A stretch of 37,910 nt of DNA from a virus (taxonomy: Duplodnaviria; Caudoviricetes), in the IMG/VR virus record IMGVR_UViG_3300017650_000008, positions 1 to 37,910 of that record, one strand, 5' to 3'. Below are positions 8,290 through 16,594 of the stretch, piece by piece. Position numbers and translations under genes: made by a program. Under the pieces are notes generated by a model, which worked only from the letters and a program-made list of their open reading frames with translations, did not search any database and was not told the DNA's origin. Within the stretch, counting starts at the first letter, position 1. Each line of letters starts with the position of its first letter.

Positions 8290-8774
8290 CGACGCCGGCA
8301 CTCGTGACGGACCTGGCCGCGGCATTTGCCGGCGCCGGTCCGGTCGATCGATTTCTGTGGGCGCTGGCGCGCAAGCAAAGCGACGCCGCCTGCGGTGCGG
8401 AAACCTGGGCGGGGCGTGATCGGTTCGGGCGCACGGTCGCAGTGGCGGGGCTGTTTCCTGACGGCGAGCAGCTCGAGGCCTGGTTCAAGCCTGGGCCGCT
8501 GGCGTCGCGGAACATGCTCGGCATCGTGCGCGCGGTACGGTTGACCTTGGCGCAGCACCCGTACCGTGGCCCAATCCGAGCGGTGTTGCGGTCGGCGGCA
8601 GGGGTGCGGATCGCGCGTCTTGTCGGCTTCCGCCCGACCGGCGAGACGATCGACGGCTTAGAGGTGTGGGAATGGGCGAGCTTCTCGGAGGCGGAAACAG
8701 TGCCGCCAAACGTGCCGCGGCGCAGGCGCGGGCACAGGCGGAGGCATCGCAGCGCACCAATCTCGCCCAGCTAG
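8280..8774 (+). CDS. GNAT-like (acetyltransferase-fold) virion-module protein
   Basis: VAVAGL..EAWF and RIARLVGF motifs; lies between terL and portal. The C-terminus overlaps the next gene. Confidence 0.55.
   Translation: MEITTPALVTDLAAAFAGAGPVDRFLWALARKQSDAACGAETWAGRDRFGRTVAVAGLFPDGEQLEAWFKPGPLASRNMLGIVRAVRLTLAQHPYRGPIRAVLRSAAGVRIARLVGFRPTGETIDGLEVWEWASFSEAETVPPNVPRRRRGHRRRHRSAPISPS
8537..8567 (+). promoter_or_regulatory. Putative late promoter 2 (ACGGTTGACC-N15-TACCGT), upstream of the portal module
   Basis: Motif copy inside the GNAT gene, ~105 bp before the ATG at 8672. Confidence 0.6.
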
Positions 8775-8884
8775 CGTCGCAGCAGGCCGAAACCGACCAG
8801 CAGGCGTCGTCCTCGACGCCGCGGGCCAGGAAGGGCCGCCGGCTGCTGACCTTTCTCGGCGGCGAGCCGGAAACGGTCGGCTGA
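8672..8884 (+). CDS. Small Ala/Gln-rich virion protein preceding the portal
   Basis: GAGGTG RBS; MG..GGG start and GRRLL C-terminus typical of pre-portal small proteins in podoviruses. Confidence 0.7.
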   Translation: MGELLGGGNSAAKRAAAQARAQAEASQRTNLAQLASQQAETDQQASSSTPRARKGRRLLTFLGGEPETVG

Positions 8885-8887
8885 TCT

Positions 8888-10528
8888 GTGGCACGCAAGC
8901 CTCGCCTGAAACCGCCGGAGGATGGCCCGCCTGAAAAGGTGGTCGCGCCGGTTTCCTCGATCATCAAAAGCCTGAAGGGCCGGCGCCAGGTGGCGCAGGT
9001 CGAGCGCGACCAGTTCCAGCCGCTGCTCGACGAGGCTTATGATTACGCCATCCCCTATCGCAAGGGGGCCGGCGCGAAGACGGCTGGCCGCGGTGAAAAG
9101 CGGGTCGATCGCGCGTTCGACCAGACCGCGATCGTCTCGGCGTTCCGGTTCGCGGGCAAGGTGCAACAGGATCTCTGGCCGGCCGGGCAGGCCAATTTCA
9201 CGCTCGAGCCTGGCCCGGTCGCGAAGGCCACCGGCAATACCGACGATCTGGCCGCCGAGTTGCAGAAAATCGCGACCGTCGTCGGTTCGTTCTTCCTCGA
9301 CGGTTCTTGGGATCTCGCCTTTCACGAAATGGCGCTCGACCTGTCGGCCGGCACCGGCGCCATGCTCATGCTCGACGGCGACGAGGAGCAGCTGGCGCGC
9401 TTCGAAAGCGTGCCGATCAACGAATTGCTGCTCGAGGGCGGCCGCAAGCCGGGCATTTTCTGGTCGCGCTGCTATCCGCTGCGCGAAGTCGACGAGATGT
9501 GGCCCAAGGGTAATCTCGGCGAGATGGCCAAATATCTCGCCGACAAGCCCGAGGAAGAGATCGAGGTCCACCAGGATACGGTTTGGGACCCCAAAACGCG
9601 GCGCTGGAAGTTCGTGGCCTGGTCGGACAAATGCGGTGATCAACCGATCTGGGAAAGCGAATACGTCGCCTGCCCGTGGCTGACGCCGCGCTATTTCCGC
9701 GTGCCTGGCGAGACGTATGGCCGGGGTCCGGTCATGCTCGCGATGCCCACGATCAAGACCCTGAATACGGCGGCCAAGCTGCAGCTGCAGGCGGCCGCGA
9801 TCGCGATGCTCGGGATCTATACCGCGATCGATGATGGTGTGTTCAATCCGGCGGCGTCCCCGCTCGAGCCGGGCGTGTTCTGGAAGGTCGGCCGCAATGG
9901 CGGCGCGCTCGGCCCGACTGTGTCGCGGTTCCCTGATCCGCGGCTCGACCTGTCCAATCTGGTGTTGAGCGAGCTGCGCATGGGCGTTCAGTCGACCATG
10001 ATGGATCAGTCGCTGCCGGCCGATGGTGCCGCGGTGCGCTCGGCCACGGAAATCCTCGAGCGCGTCAAGCGCCTGGCGTCGGACCATCTCGGCGCGTTCG
10101 GCCGGCTGGTGCAGGAAATCGTCATTCCGGCCGTCAAGCGCGCGATCGAGATCGCCTGGCGCCGGAACCTGATCGCCCAGAACATCCCGATCGACCAGCT
10201 CCTGATCAAGGTCAAGGTCAATTCGCCGATGGCGATCGCGCGCGAGGCCGAGCGCGTCCAGAAAATCATTCAGTGGCTCACGATCGTGCTGCAGTTCATG
10301 GGGCCGCAGGCCGGCCGCGTCGCCAATATCGAGGCGATCCTGGCTGAGGCTGGGCGTGCGCTCGGCGTGCCCGAGGAGCTGATCGCCAACGAGGAACAGC
10401 GCGAGGAGTTCGACAAGCGCCAAGCCGCGATGGCCGCGGCCGCGCTCGCCGCGAAAATGGGTCACAACGGCGGGCCAGCGCTCGAGGAGGAGCCGGCCGC
10501 CGCGGTTCCGCCGGAAACAGTGGCATGA
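8888..10528 (+). CDS. Portal (head-to-tail connector, T7 gp8/BPP-1 type)
   Basis: 546 aa; motifs FDQTA, GETYGRGP and RSATEI; position in the module. Confidence 0.93.
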   Translation: MARKPRLKPPEDGPPEKVVAPVSSIIKSLKGRRQVAQVERDQFQPLLDEAYDYAIPYRKGAGAKTAGRGEKRVDRAFDQTAIVSAFRFAGKVQQDLWPAGQANFTLEPGPVAKATGNTDDLAAELQKIATVVGSFFLDGSWDLAFHEMALDLSAGTGAMLMLDGDEEQLARFESVPINELLLEGGRKPGIFWSRCYPLREVDEMWPKGNLGEMAKYLADKPEEEIEVHQDTVWDPKTRRWKFVAWSDKCGDQPIWESEYVACPWLTPRYFRVPGETYGRGPVMLAMPTIKTLNTAAKLQLQAAAIAMLGIYTAIDDGVFNPAASPLEPGVFWKVGRNGGALGPTVSRFPDPRLDLSNLVLSELRMGVQSTMMDQSLPADGAAVRSATEILERVKRLASDHLGAFGRLVQEIVIPAVKRAIEIAWRRNLIAQNIPIDQLLIKVKVNSPMAIAREAERVQKIIQWLTIVLQFMGPQAGRVANIEAILAEAGRALGVPEELIANEEQREEFDKRQAAMAAAALAAKMGHNGGPALEEEPAAAVPPETVA

Positions 10529-10968
10529 TCGGCGCGCCCTCGGTCGAGGACCTGATCTCGTCGGCGAAAAATGCCGATTGGAGCTGGTTCGAAAAGCTCG
10601 AAGTGCAGTTCGGCGGCGGTGCCGCCCGGGAAAAGCAGCTTGAGGTCGAGGCGCGGCGCCGCGAGCTCGCCGGCGCCGCTGCCCGCGTCTACGACACGCC
10701 GGATGGCCAGCTGCTTATCCAGTCCTTCGTCGACGCCACGCTGCTGCGCCAGGTGTTTGTTACGCAGCTCGGCGTCGATCCGATGCAGGCCTATGCCTAT
10801 GGCGCGTTTCGCGAGGGCGCCAACGCCTTCGTCACCCAACTTCTCAAGCTCATAGCCGAGGGCCAGTCTGAGCCGGCCCCACCATCTCGGGAGATCACCG
10901 ATGCACCTTTTGTGGCAACAGATCCTGCTGCGAAGTCCGGAAGACGGCGGAGCCGGCGGCGGGAATGA
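10525..10968 (+). CDS. Bbp19-like phage protein
   Basis: YDTPDGQLL...AFREGANAF pattern; lies between portal and scaffold. Confidence 0.65.
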   Translation: MIGAPSVEDLISSAKNADWSWFEKLEVQFGGGAAREKQLEVEARRRELAGAAARVYDTPDGQLLIQSFVDATLLRQVFVTQLGVDPMQAYAYGAFREGANAFVTQLLKLIAEGQSEPAPPSREITDAPFVATDPAAKSGRRRSRRRE

Positions 10969-11839
10969 CGGCGGCGCCGGCGGCGGCAAACTGGCCGCCG
11001 CGGCCGGTGGTGCGGGTGCCGGTGCCGGGGATGGTGGTGCAGGCGGGCAGGGCGGCGACGGGCAAAGTGGTTCCGGCGGCCAGGGCGATGGGCAGGGCAA
11101 TGGCGACGGGGCGCAGCCGTATTTTCCCAACGGCATGCCCGAACATCTGCGCGGCAAGGACGAAAAGGAAACGCTCGACAAACTGTTTGGCGCGTTCGAC
11201 GGCTATCGCCAGCGCGACGCCACGCGGGGCAAGGTGCCCGACAACGCGGACGGCTACACCTTCACGCCGAGCGAGGTCCTCAAGCCGTTTTTCGCCAACG
11301 AAAAGGACCCCGCGATGGCCAGCGCTCGCGCGGCCGCGCACAAGCATGGCATCACGGGTCCGCAATTCGAGGGCTTCGTCAATGACGTGTATACGCCGCT
11401 GGTCGAAAAGGGCCTGATCCCGAAACCGTATGATCCGCATGACGAGCTCGACAAGCTCGGCAAGGCGCTCGGCGTTTCCTATGACCGCACCAAACAGGGC
11501 GGCGCGGGCAATGAGCAAATCGCCCGTATTGCGACCGAGGCGCACGCGACCGCCACCAATCTCGTCGCCACGCTCGATCTGAAAGATAGCGCGGCCGCCC
11601 TGGTCGAAAGCTGGGCCGACGAGGCCGATGGCGTGCTGGTGCTCCGCGCCATTCAGGGCGCGTTCAAGGAGCGCGGCCTGCAGCTCGGCGGCCAGCCTGG
11701 CGGCGACGGCGGATGGACCAAGGACAAGCTGAAGCAGATGGACGGCGACCCGCGCATCGATCCGGACTCGCCCCGATACGACAAGGGCCTGCGCCAGCAA
11801 TATGACGACGCCTATAAGCGGATCTACGGCAGCCGTTAA
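10901..11839 (+). CDS. Capsid scaffolding/assembly protein
   Basis: Gly-rich N-terminus, VPDNADGY motif, C-terminal YKRIYG; directly before the capsid gene. Confidence 0.75.
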   Translation: MHLLWQQILLRSPEDGGAGGGNDGGAGGGKLAAAAGGAGAGAGDGGAGGQGGDGQSGSGGQGDGQGNGDGAQPYFPNGMPEHLRGKDEKETLDKLFGAFDGYRQRDATRGKVPDNADGYTFTPSEVLKPFFANEKDPAMASARAAAHKHGITGPQFEGFVNDVYTPLVEKGLIPKPYDPHDELDKLGKALGVSYDRTKQGGAGNEQIARIATEAHATATNLVATLDLKDSAAALVESWADEADGVLVLRAIQGAFKERGLQLGGQPGGDGGWTKDKLKQMDGDPRIDPDSPRYDKGLRQQYDDAYKRIYGSR

Positions 11840-11869
11840 CGGTTGACGGGCGCGCTGCGCCCGCATGCT
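11839..11869 (+). promoter_or_regulatory. Putative late promoter 3 (ACGGTTGACG-N15-CATGCT), upstream of the major capsid gene
   Basis: Intergenic motif copy. Confidence 0.65.
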
Positions 11870-11983
11870 CGACGCCGGCGAACAGGGCAGGACCTGCGCC
11901 GGCGGCGGCTATCCTCGGACCCGCTGGCCGCGCGGCAATCGGCCCGGTGACGCGATCCCCGCATCTTCACCGGATTACCGACA

Positions 11984-12868
11984 ATGGCAGCCGAAGTCCC
12001 GCAGTGGTTCCAGACCCAGTACAACAACCGCGTCATCGAGCTCTATCAGCGCAAGGGCAACCGCCTGCGCCCGACCGTGATGCCTGCCATGCGCATCACG
12101 GACAGCGAAAAAGCCGTGTTCATGAAGGCCAGCGGCAAAGGCAAGGCGCGGAAGAAAGTCCGAGGTCAGCGTGCGACGCCGATGAATATCGGGCGCACCA
12201 AGATCGAGGCGCCACTCGTGACCTGGGAGGCGTTCGACACGGTCGAGGAGTATGACGTCGACCGTATGGGCGTGAACGAGCGCGAGTTTATCGCCAATGA
12301 AGGATCGAACGCGCTCGGCCGCGCCACCGATGACGAGATCATCGATATCATTGACGCCGGCGCGCCCACGTCCGGTGCCCGGTTCGTCGACGCCAGCTCC
12401 GGCGCCTTCACCCTGGTCCATGCGATGGGCGTGATCGACGCGCTGCAGTCGGCGCGGGTGCCGTGGGACGGCCAGGTGTTTTGCCCGTTGCCCACGCGCG
12501 CCTGGAACCAATTCCTGTCCTACAAGCAGGTCAATTCGTCCGACCATGTCGGCCAGGATCTGCCGTTTGTGCGCGCCACCGACACGCGGTTTTGGGGTGG
12601 CGTCAACTGGTTCCTTTATCAGTCCGACCCTGACGACGCGGATGATCCGTTGCCGTCGCCGTCCAGCAACAAGCTCGACACCTTTGCCTGGCATCGCACG
12701 GCAGTCGGCTGGGGCAATCATACCGATCTCCGTTCGATCTGGGATTGGGACAATTACGAGAGCTGGTGGACCATCAACATGCAGGCCAAGGGTGTCGCAG
12801 TCGGGCTGCGGCCTGAGAGCTATGTGCGTCTGCGGGTATCCACGAACTCGGCGATCACGGTCAACTAA
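11984..12868 (+). CDS. Major capsid protein
   Basis: 294 aa; QWFQTQY..YQRKGNRLR N-terminus and ALGRATDDEII motif; position in the module. Confidence 0.9.
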   Translation: MAAEVPQWFQTQYNNRVIELYQRKGNRLRPTVMPAMRITDSEKAVFMKASGKGKARKKVRGQRATPMNIGRTKIEAPLVTWEAFDTVEEYDVDRMGVNEREFIANEGSNALGRATDDEIIDIIDAGAPTSGARFVDASSGAFTLVHAMGVIDALQSARVPWDGQVFCPLPTRAWNQFLSYKQVNSSDHVGQDLPFVRATDTRFWGGVNWFLYQSDPDDADDPLPSPSSNKLDTFAWHRTAVGWGNHTDLRSIWDWDNYESWWTINMQAKGVAVGLRPESYVRLRVSTNSAITVN

Positions 12869-12872
12869 TCCT

Positions 12873-12902
12873 GCGGGCGCGTCTTCGGGCGCGCCTGTAT
12901 TT
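12873..12902 (+). terminator. Hairpin with cUUCGg loop after the capsid gene (weak terminator or stabiliser)
   Basis: GCGGGCGCGTC-TTCG-GGCGCGCCTGT followed by ATTT. Confidence 0.6.
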
Positions 12903-12921
12903 CCCCAACGAGGATATATCG

Positions 12922-13200
12922 ATGTCTTTCGACTGGAACAATATTAAGCGCATGAGCCACGGTCCATCTGTAGGCGTCGGCGGAAGTTCTGTGAAGTCGC
13001 TCTGGATGTTCTCGAGCAACGACGATATTTCGGCCGTAGAAACCACTGGATACTTCAATACGGCCGTCAATGAGATGCGCGTCGGCGACATTATCATGGC
13101 GACGCTCGATCTCGATGGCACGCCGGTGGGTAAGAACTATCTCGTCAGCGCCAAGACGGCGACGGTCGTGACGATTAAGGGCTTCGAGGACGAGAGCTAG
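12922..13200 (+). CDS. Small capsid-associated (decoration-like) protein, 92 aa
   Basis: GAGGA RBS; VETTGYFN..MRVGDII motif; follows the capsid gene. Confidence 0.7.
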   Translation: MSFDWNNIKRMSHGPSVGVGGSSVKSLWMFSSNDDISAVETTGYFNTAVNEMRVGDIIMATLDLDGTPVGKNYLVSAKTATVVTIKGFEDES

Positions 13201-13232
13201 CGGGCAGATTTTCCTCCCGACCCGCTCACCTT

Positions 13233-13260
13233 GGCCCGGACTAGCAATCCGGGTCCTTTT
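13233..13260 (+). terminator. Rho-independent terminator candidate
   Basis: GGCCCGGA-CTAGCAA-TCCGGGTC followed by CTTTT. Confidence 0.55.
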
Positions 13261-13277
13261 GCCGACCGAGAGTTCCG

Positions 13278-13895
13278 ATGTCCGCGCTGCAACCGCTCGA
13301 TATGGTCAACCGCATGTGCGCCCGCATCGGCGAGATCCCGCCGCTGTCGCTCGACGACGACGTGCCTGGCGGCCAGGCGGCGCAGCTGATCTATAACGGC
13401 CTGGTCGAGGCTCTGGTCGGCATCTATCCGTTCAGTTTCGCGCGCAAATGGTGCCAGTTGCCGCGCCTGTCGGCGGCGCCGCTCGGCGGCTGGCAATATG
13501 CGTTCAAGCTGCCGCCGGAAGCGCTCGAGCCGCCGTTTCGCATCACCGACCGGCTGACCGATCCCGGCCGCGGCTTCTCGGCGTTCACGCTCAACGGCGG
13601 CGAGGTCTATTCCGACAGTCCGGAATTGCTGGCCGAGGTGCTGGTGCTGCCGCCGCCGCATATTTGGAGCGCGACGTTTCGCGAATGCGCGACCGTTGCC
13701 GGCGCTGCCGAATATGCGCTGGCCCGGGCCGCCGACCGGAACACCTGGGAGCGGCTGCGCGTGGTGGCGTTCGGCACGCCGCAGGAAAACATGCGCGGCG
13801 GGCTGATGCGGGTCGCGATCAGCAATGACGCGCAGGCAACGCCGGCGCTGGCGCTGCCGTCCGGCGGTCCCCTGATCAACGCCTGGCGCAGCTGA
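13278..13895 (+). CDS. Tail adaptor (tubular protein A, T7 gp11-like)
   Basis: NRMCARIGE, YPFSFARK and WQYAFKLP motifs. Confidence 0.82.
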   Translation: MSALQPLDMVNRMCARIGEIPPLSLDDDVPGGQAAQLIYNGLVEALVGIYPFSFARKWCQLPRLSAAPLGGWQYAFKLPPEALEPPFRITDRLTDPGRGFSAFTLNGGEVYSDSPELLAEVLVLPPPHIWSATFRECATVAGAAEYALARAADRNTWERLRVVAFGTPQENMRGGLMRVAISNDAQATPALALPSGGPLINAWRS

Positions 13896-15985
13896 TGGTG
13901 GCGCGTCCTGGCCGCGAGCAGGCCGCCTTCACCGCCGGCGAGCTCGACACCTTCCTTCATGCCCGAACCGAGTTGAAATATTACTCGAGTGGAATGTCGC
14001 GCGCGGAAAACATCCTGTGCCGTGCGCAGGGCGGTTTCGACCAGGCCGATGGCCTGCGCCGCCGCCGCGGCCTGCCGGCAGGCGCCAAGGCCGGCGTCGA
14101 TTTCACGGCGTCGAACGGCCAGGTCTATGATTTGATTTTCGATGCTGCCCTGATCCGGGTGATCGATGCCGACAACAATGAGGTCGACACCGTCGCCCAT
14201 CCGTACACGGCGGCGCAACTCGACGAGGTCACGTTCGCGCAGCGGCTCGACACCCTGCTGATCTTCCACCCCGACGTGCAGACGCGGCGACTGCGCGTGA
14301 CGCCGTCCGATTGGGTGCTCGACAACGCGCCGTTCTCGAACCTGATGAATGTCGACTACGGCGCGGTCTACAGCAACGGTGTGGCTGCCGTCTGGGAGAT
14401 TGAGTTCATCGGCTTCGGGCCGGCCGATGGCGACAATCCGGCGGTCGCCGACCGTGCTTTCGCCATCACGATTTCGCAGCAAGAAACCCGTGGCCTCAAA
14501 GGCGTAATGGGCACGGTCGACACCACGCGGATCGATTGGTCGGCGACGGCCCCGGTGGTGCAGGCCGCGCTGCTCGATCTGCCGAACATCGCGCCGGGCC
14601 TGACATGCACCTGGCCGGGCGCCGGCGAAAAACTGGTCATCACGTTTTCAGGCGCCGCCAATGCCGGCAACGATTGGGCTGTTTCCGGCCGCGTGCTCAA
14701 CAAGGCCGACGCTGCGATCCTGGCCTATCGATCGACACCCGGCGTCGCGCCCGGCGAGCCGGTGGCCTCGGCCCTGCGCGGCTGGCCGCGATGCGGCGTT
14801 TTTCACCAGCAACGGCTGGCGATCGGCGGGTTCCGATCGCAGCCCAATTCCTACGCCTGGTCCTCGGTCGGCGATTACTACAATTTTGACGACCGCCTCG
14901 ACCAGGCTAACGGCGCATTCTTGGTGCAGATGGACACGCCCGGCGGCGAAGCCGTCGAGCGCCTGGTGTCGTCGCAGAACCTGCTCGTCTTCACATCGGA
15001 GGCGGAATACTGGCTGTCCGAGCAACAGGTGTCGAAATCGACGCCGGCCAAGCACATTCAGGCCTCGCGCCACGGATCGCCACGGGCGGTTTCGATCGTC
15101 GAAAACGAGGGCGCCGCTCTGTTCGCGTATGCCAATCGCGGCATAATCGGCGAGTTCCGCTACACGGACACGCAGGGCAATTACATCACGTCCGACGTGT
15201 CGATCCTGGCCGGACGGCTGGTGCGTGGCACGACGGATCTTGCCCTGCGCCGCGCCACCGCCGATGCCGATGGCAACACGCTGGCGGTGCTGCTCGACGG
15301 TGGCGAGTTGCGCCTGGCGACGCTGCTGCGCGAGCAGGACGTCACCTCGTTTCACCGGCGCACGACCGATGGACGATTTCTGGCGATCTGGGCAAACGGC
15401 CGCAATGAACTGAATGCGATCGTCGAGCGGCCGGTCGGTGCCGGCGTCGAACGCTCGCTCGAGCGTTTCGAGCCAGGCCTGCTGCTCGATGGCGCCATCG
15501 ATGTCGCTCCGGCCGGCAACGCCATCGGCGGCCTGTCGATGCATGAGGGCCGGCCCGTTTGGGTGCTTGCCGATGGCGATGTGTTCGGTCCGATCGCCGT
15601 CGCCGGCGGCGTCATCGCCCTACCGATCGAGGCGGAAAGCGCCACTGTGGGGCGGTGGCGGCCGCCGGTTGCGAGCTCGTTGCCGCCGCGCCGTGACGTG
15701 GGGCCGAATATCGTCGTGCAGCGCCCGACCCGGATCGTGGCCGTCGACGTCGATGTCGAGGACACCACCTCGCTCGCGATCGCCACCAATGGCGGCCGTG
15801 CCTACGACCTGCCGCTCGATGCCTTCGGCCTCGAGGCGGACCGGCCCGAGCTCGGCCCTGGCCTAACCGGCCTGGTCGCGCAATCGGGCCTTGAGGGCTA
15901 CGCCGACCGGCCGGTGTTCACCGCCACGCAGGTGCGACCGGGTCGGTTGCGAGTCAAAAGCTGGAATATCAAGCTCAACATTTGA
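13895..15985 (+). CDS. Tail nozzle (tubular protein B, T7 gp12-like)
   Basis: QAAFTAGEL N-terminus; GWPRCGVFHQQRL, SSVGDYYNF and LLVFTSEAEY motifs. Confidence 0.85.
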   Translation: MVARPGREQAAFTAGELDTFLHARTELKYYSSGMSRAENILCRAQGGFDQADGLRRRRGLPAGAKAGVDFTASNGQVYDLIFDAALIRVIDADNNEVDTVAHPYTAAQLDEVTFAQRLDTLLIFHPDVQTRRLRVTPSDWVLDNAPFSNLMNVDYGAVYSNGVAAVWEIEFIGFGPADGDNPAVADRAFAITISQQETRGLKGVMGTVDTTRIDWSATAPVVQAALLDLPNIAPGLTCTWPGAGEKLVITFSGAANAGNDWAVSGRVLNKADAAILAYRSTPGVAPGEPVASALRGWPRCGVFHQQRLAIGGFRSQPNSYAWSSVGDYYNFDDRLDQANGAFLVQMDTPGGEAVERLVSSQNLLVFTSEAEYWLSEQQVSKSTPAKHIQASRHGSPRAVSIVENEGAALFAYANRGIIGEFRYTDTQGNYITSDVSILAGRLVRGTTDLALRRATADADGNTLAVLLDGGELRLATLLREQDVTSFHRRTTDGRFLAIWANGRNELNAIVERPVGAGVERSLERFEPGLLLDGAIDVAPAGNAIGGLSMHEGRPVWVLADGDVFGPIAVAGGVIALPIEAESATVGRWRPPVASSLPPRRDVGPNIVVQRPTRIVAVDVDVEDTTSLAIATNGGRAYDLPLDAFGLEADRPELGPGLTGLVAQSGLEGYADRPVFTATQVRPGRLRVKSWNIKLNI

Positions 15986-15994
15986 GGTCGGCGC

Positions 15995-16594
15995 ATGGAA
16001 ATCGCACTTTCGGCACTGGCCACGCTGGGCTCGACGGCCGCTGCCGCCGGTGGCACGGCCGCCGCTGCAGGTACGGCCGCGGCGGCTGGGACCGCAGTCG
16101 CCAGCGCGGGCGCGGCCGCTAGCACCGGCCTTGCCGGTTTCCTGTCGAGCTCGCCGGTGCTCGGCATCCTGCAGGGCGCAACCACGGTGTTCTCCGCGTT
16201 GTCGACACTGCAGGCCGGCAATGCCCAGGCGGACAGCCTGAACGCCCAGGCCGACATGGATGAGCTGAACGCCAAGCAGGAACAAAATCAGGGCCTGCAG
16301 CGCACCACCAAGCTCAAGCGCGAACTGCTGCGCGTGCTCGGCGAAAACGATGTCGCGTTCGCGGCCGCCGGTATCGACATTTCCAGCGGCCAGGCCGCCG
16401 ACGCGGCTGATGCCGCAACGCGCGAGGCTGACCAGGAAATCTCGATCGACCGCAGCACCACTGATCAGCGTGCGGCCCTGCAGCGGCAGCGGGCCGCCAT
16501 GAACCGGCAGCGCGCCAGCTCGGCCCGATCGGGGGCGCTGCTGTCGGCGCTCGGCCAGGGCGCGAGCGGCCTCCTCAAGCTGGCGAGCCGCTGA
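15995..16594 (+). CDS. Internal virion (ejection) protein 1, T7 gp14-like
   Basis: Ala/Gly-rich hydrophobic N-terminus, AAAGIDISSG motif; follows the nozzle gene. Confidence 0.75.
   Translation: MEIALSALATLGSTAAAAGGTAAAAGTAAAAGTAVASAGAAASTGLAGFLSSSPVLGILQGATTVFSALSTLQAGNAQADSLNAQADMDELNAKQEQNQGLQRTTKLKRELLRVLGENDVAFAAAGIDISSGQAADAADAATREADQEISIDRSTTDQRAALQRQRAAMNRQRASSARSGALLSALGQGASGLLKLASR

Noticed and set aside
11833-11847. CtrA binding site (TTAAC half-site)
   Set aside because: There is no TTAA-N7-TTAA full site. The sequence is explained by the scaffold stop codon plus the late-promoter motif.
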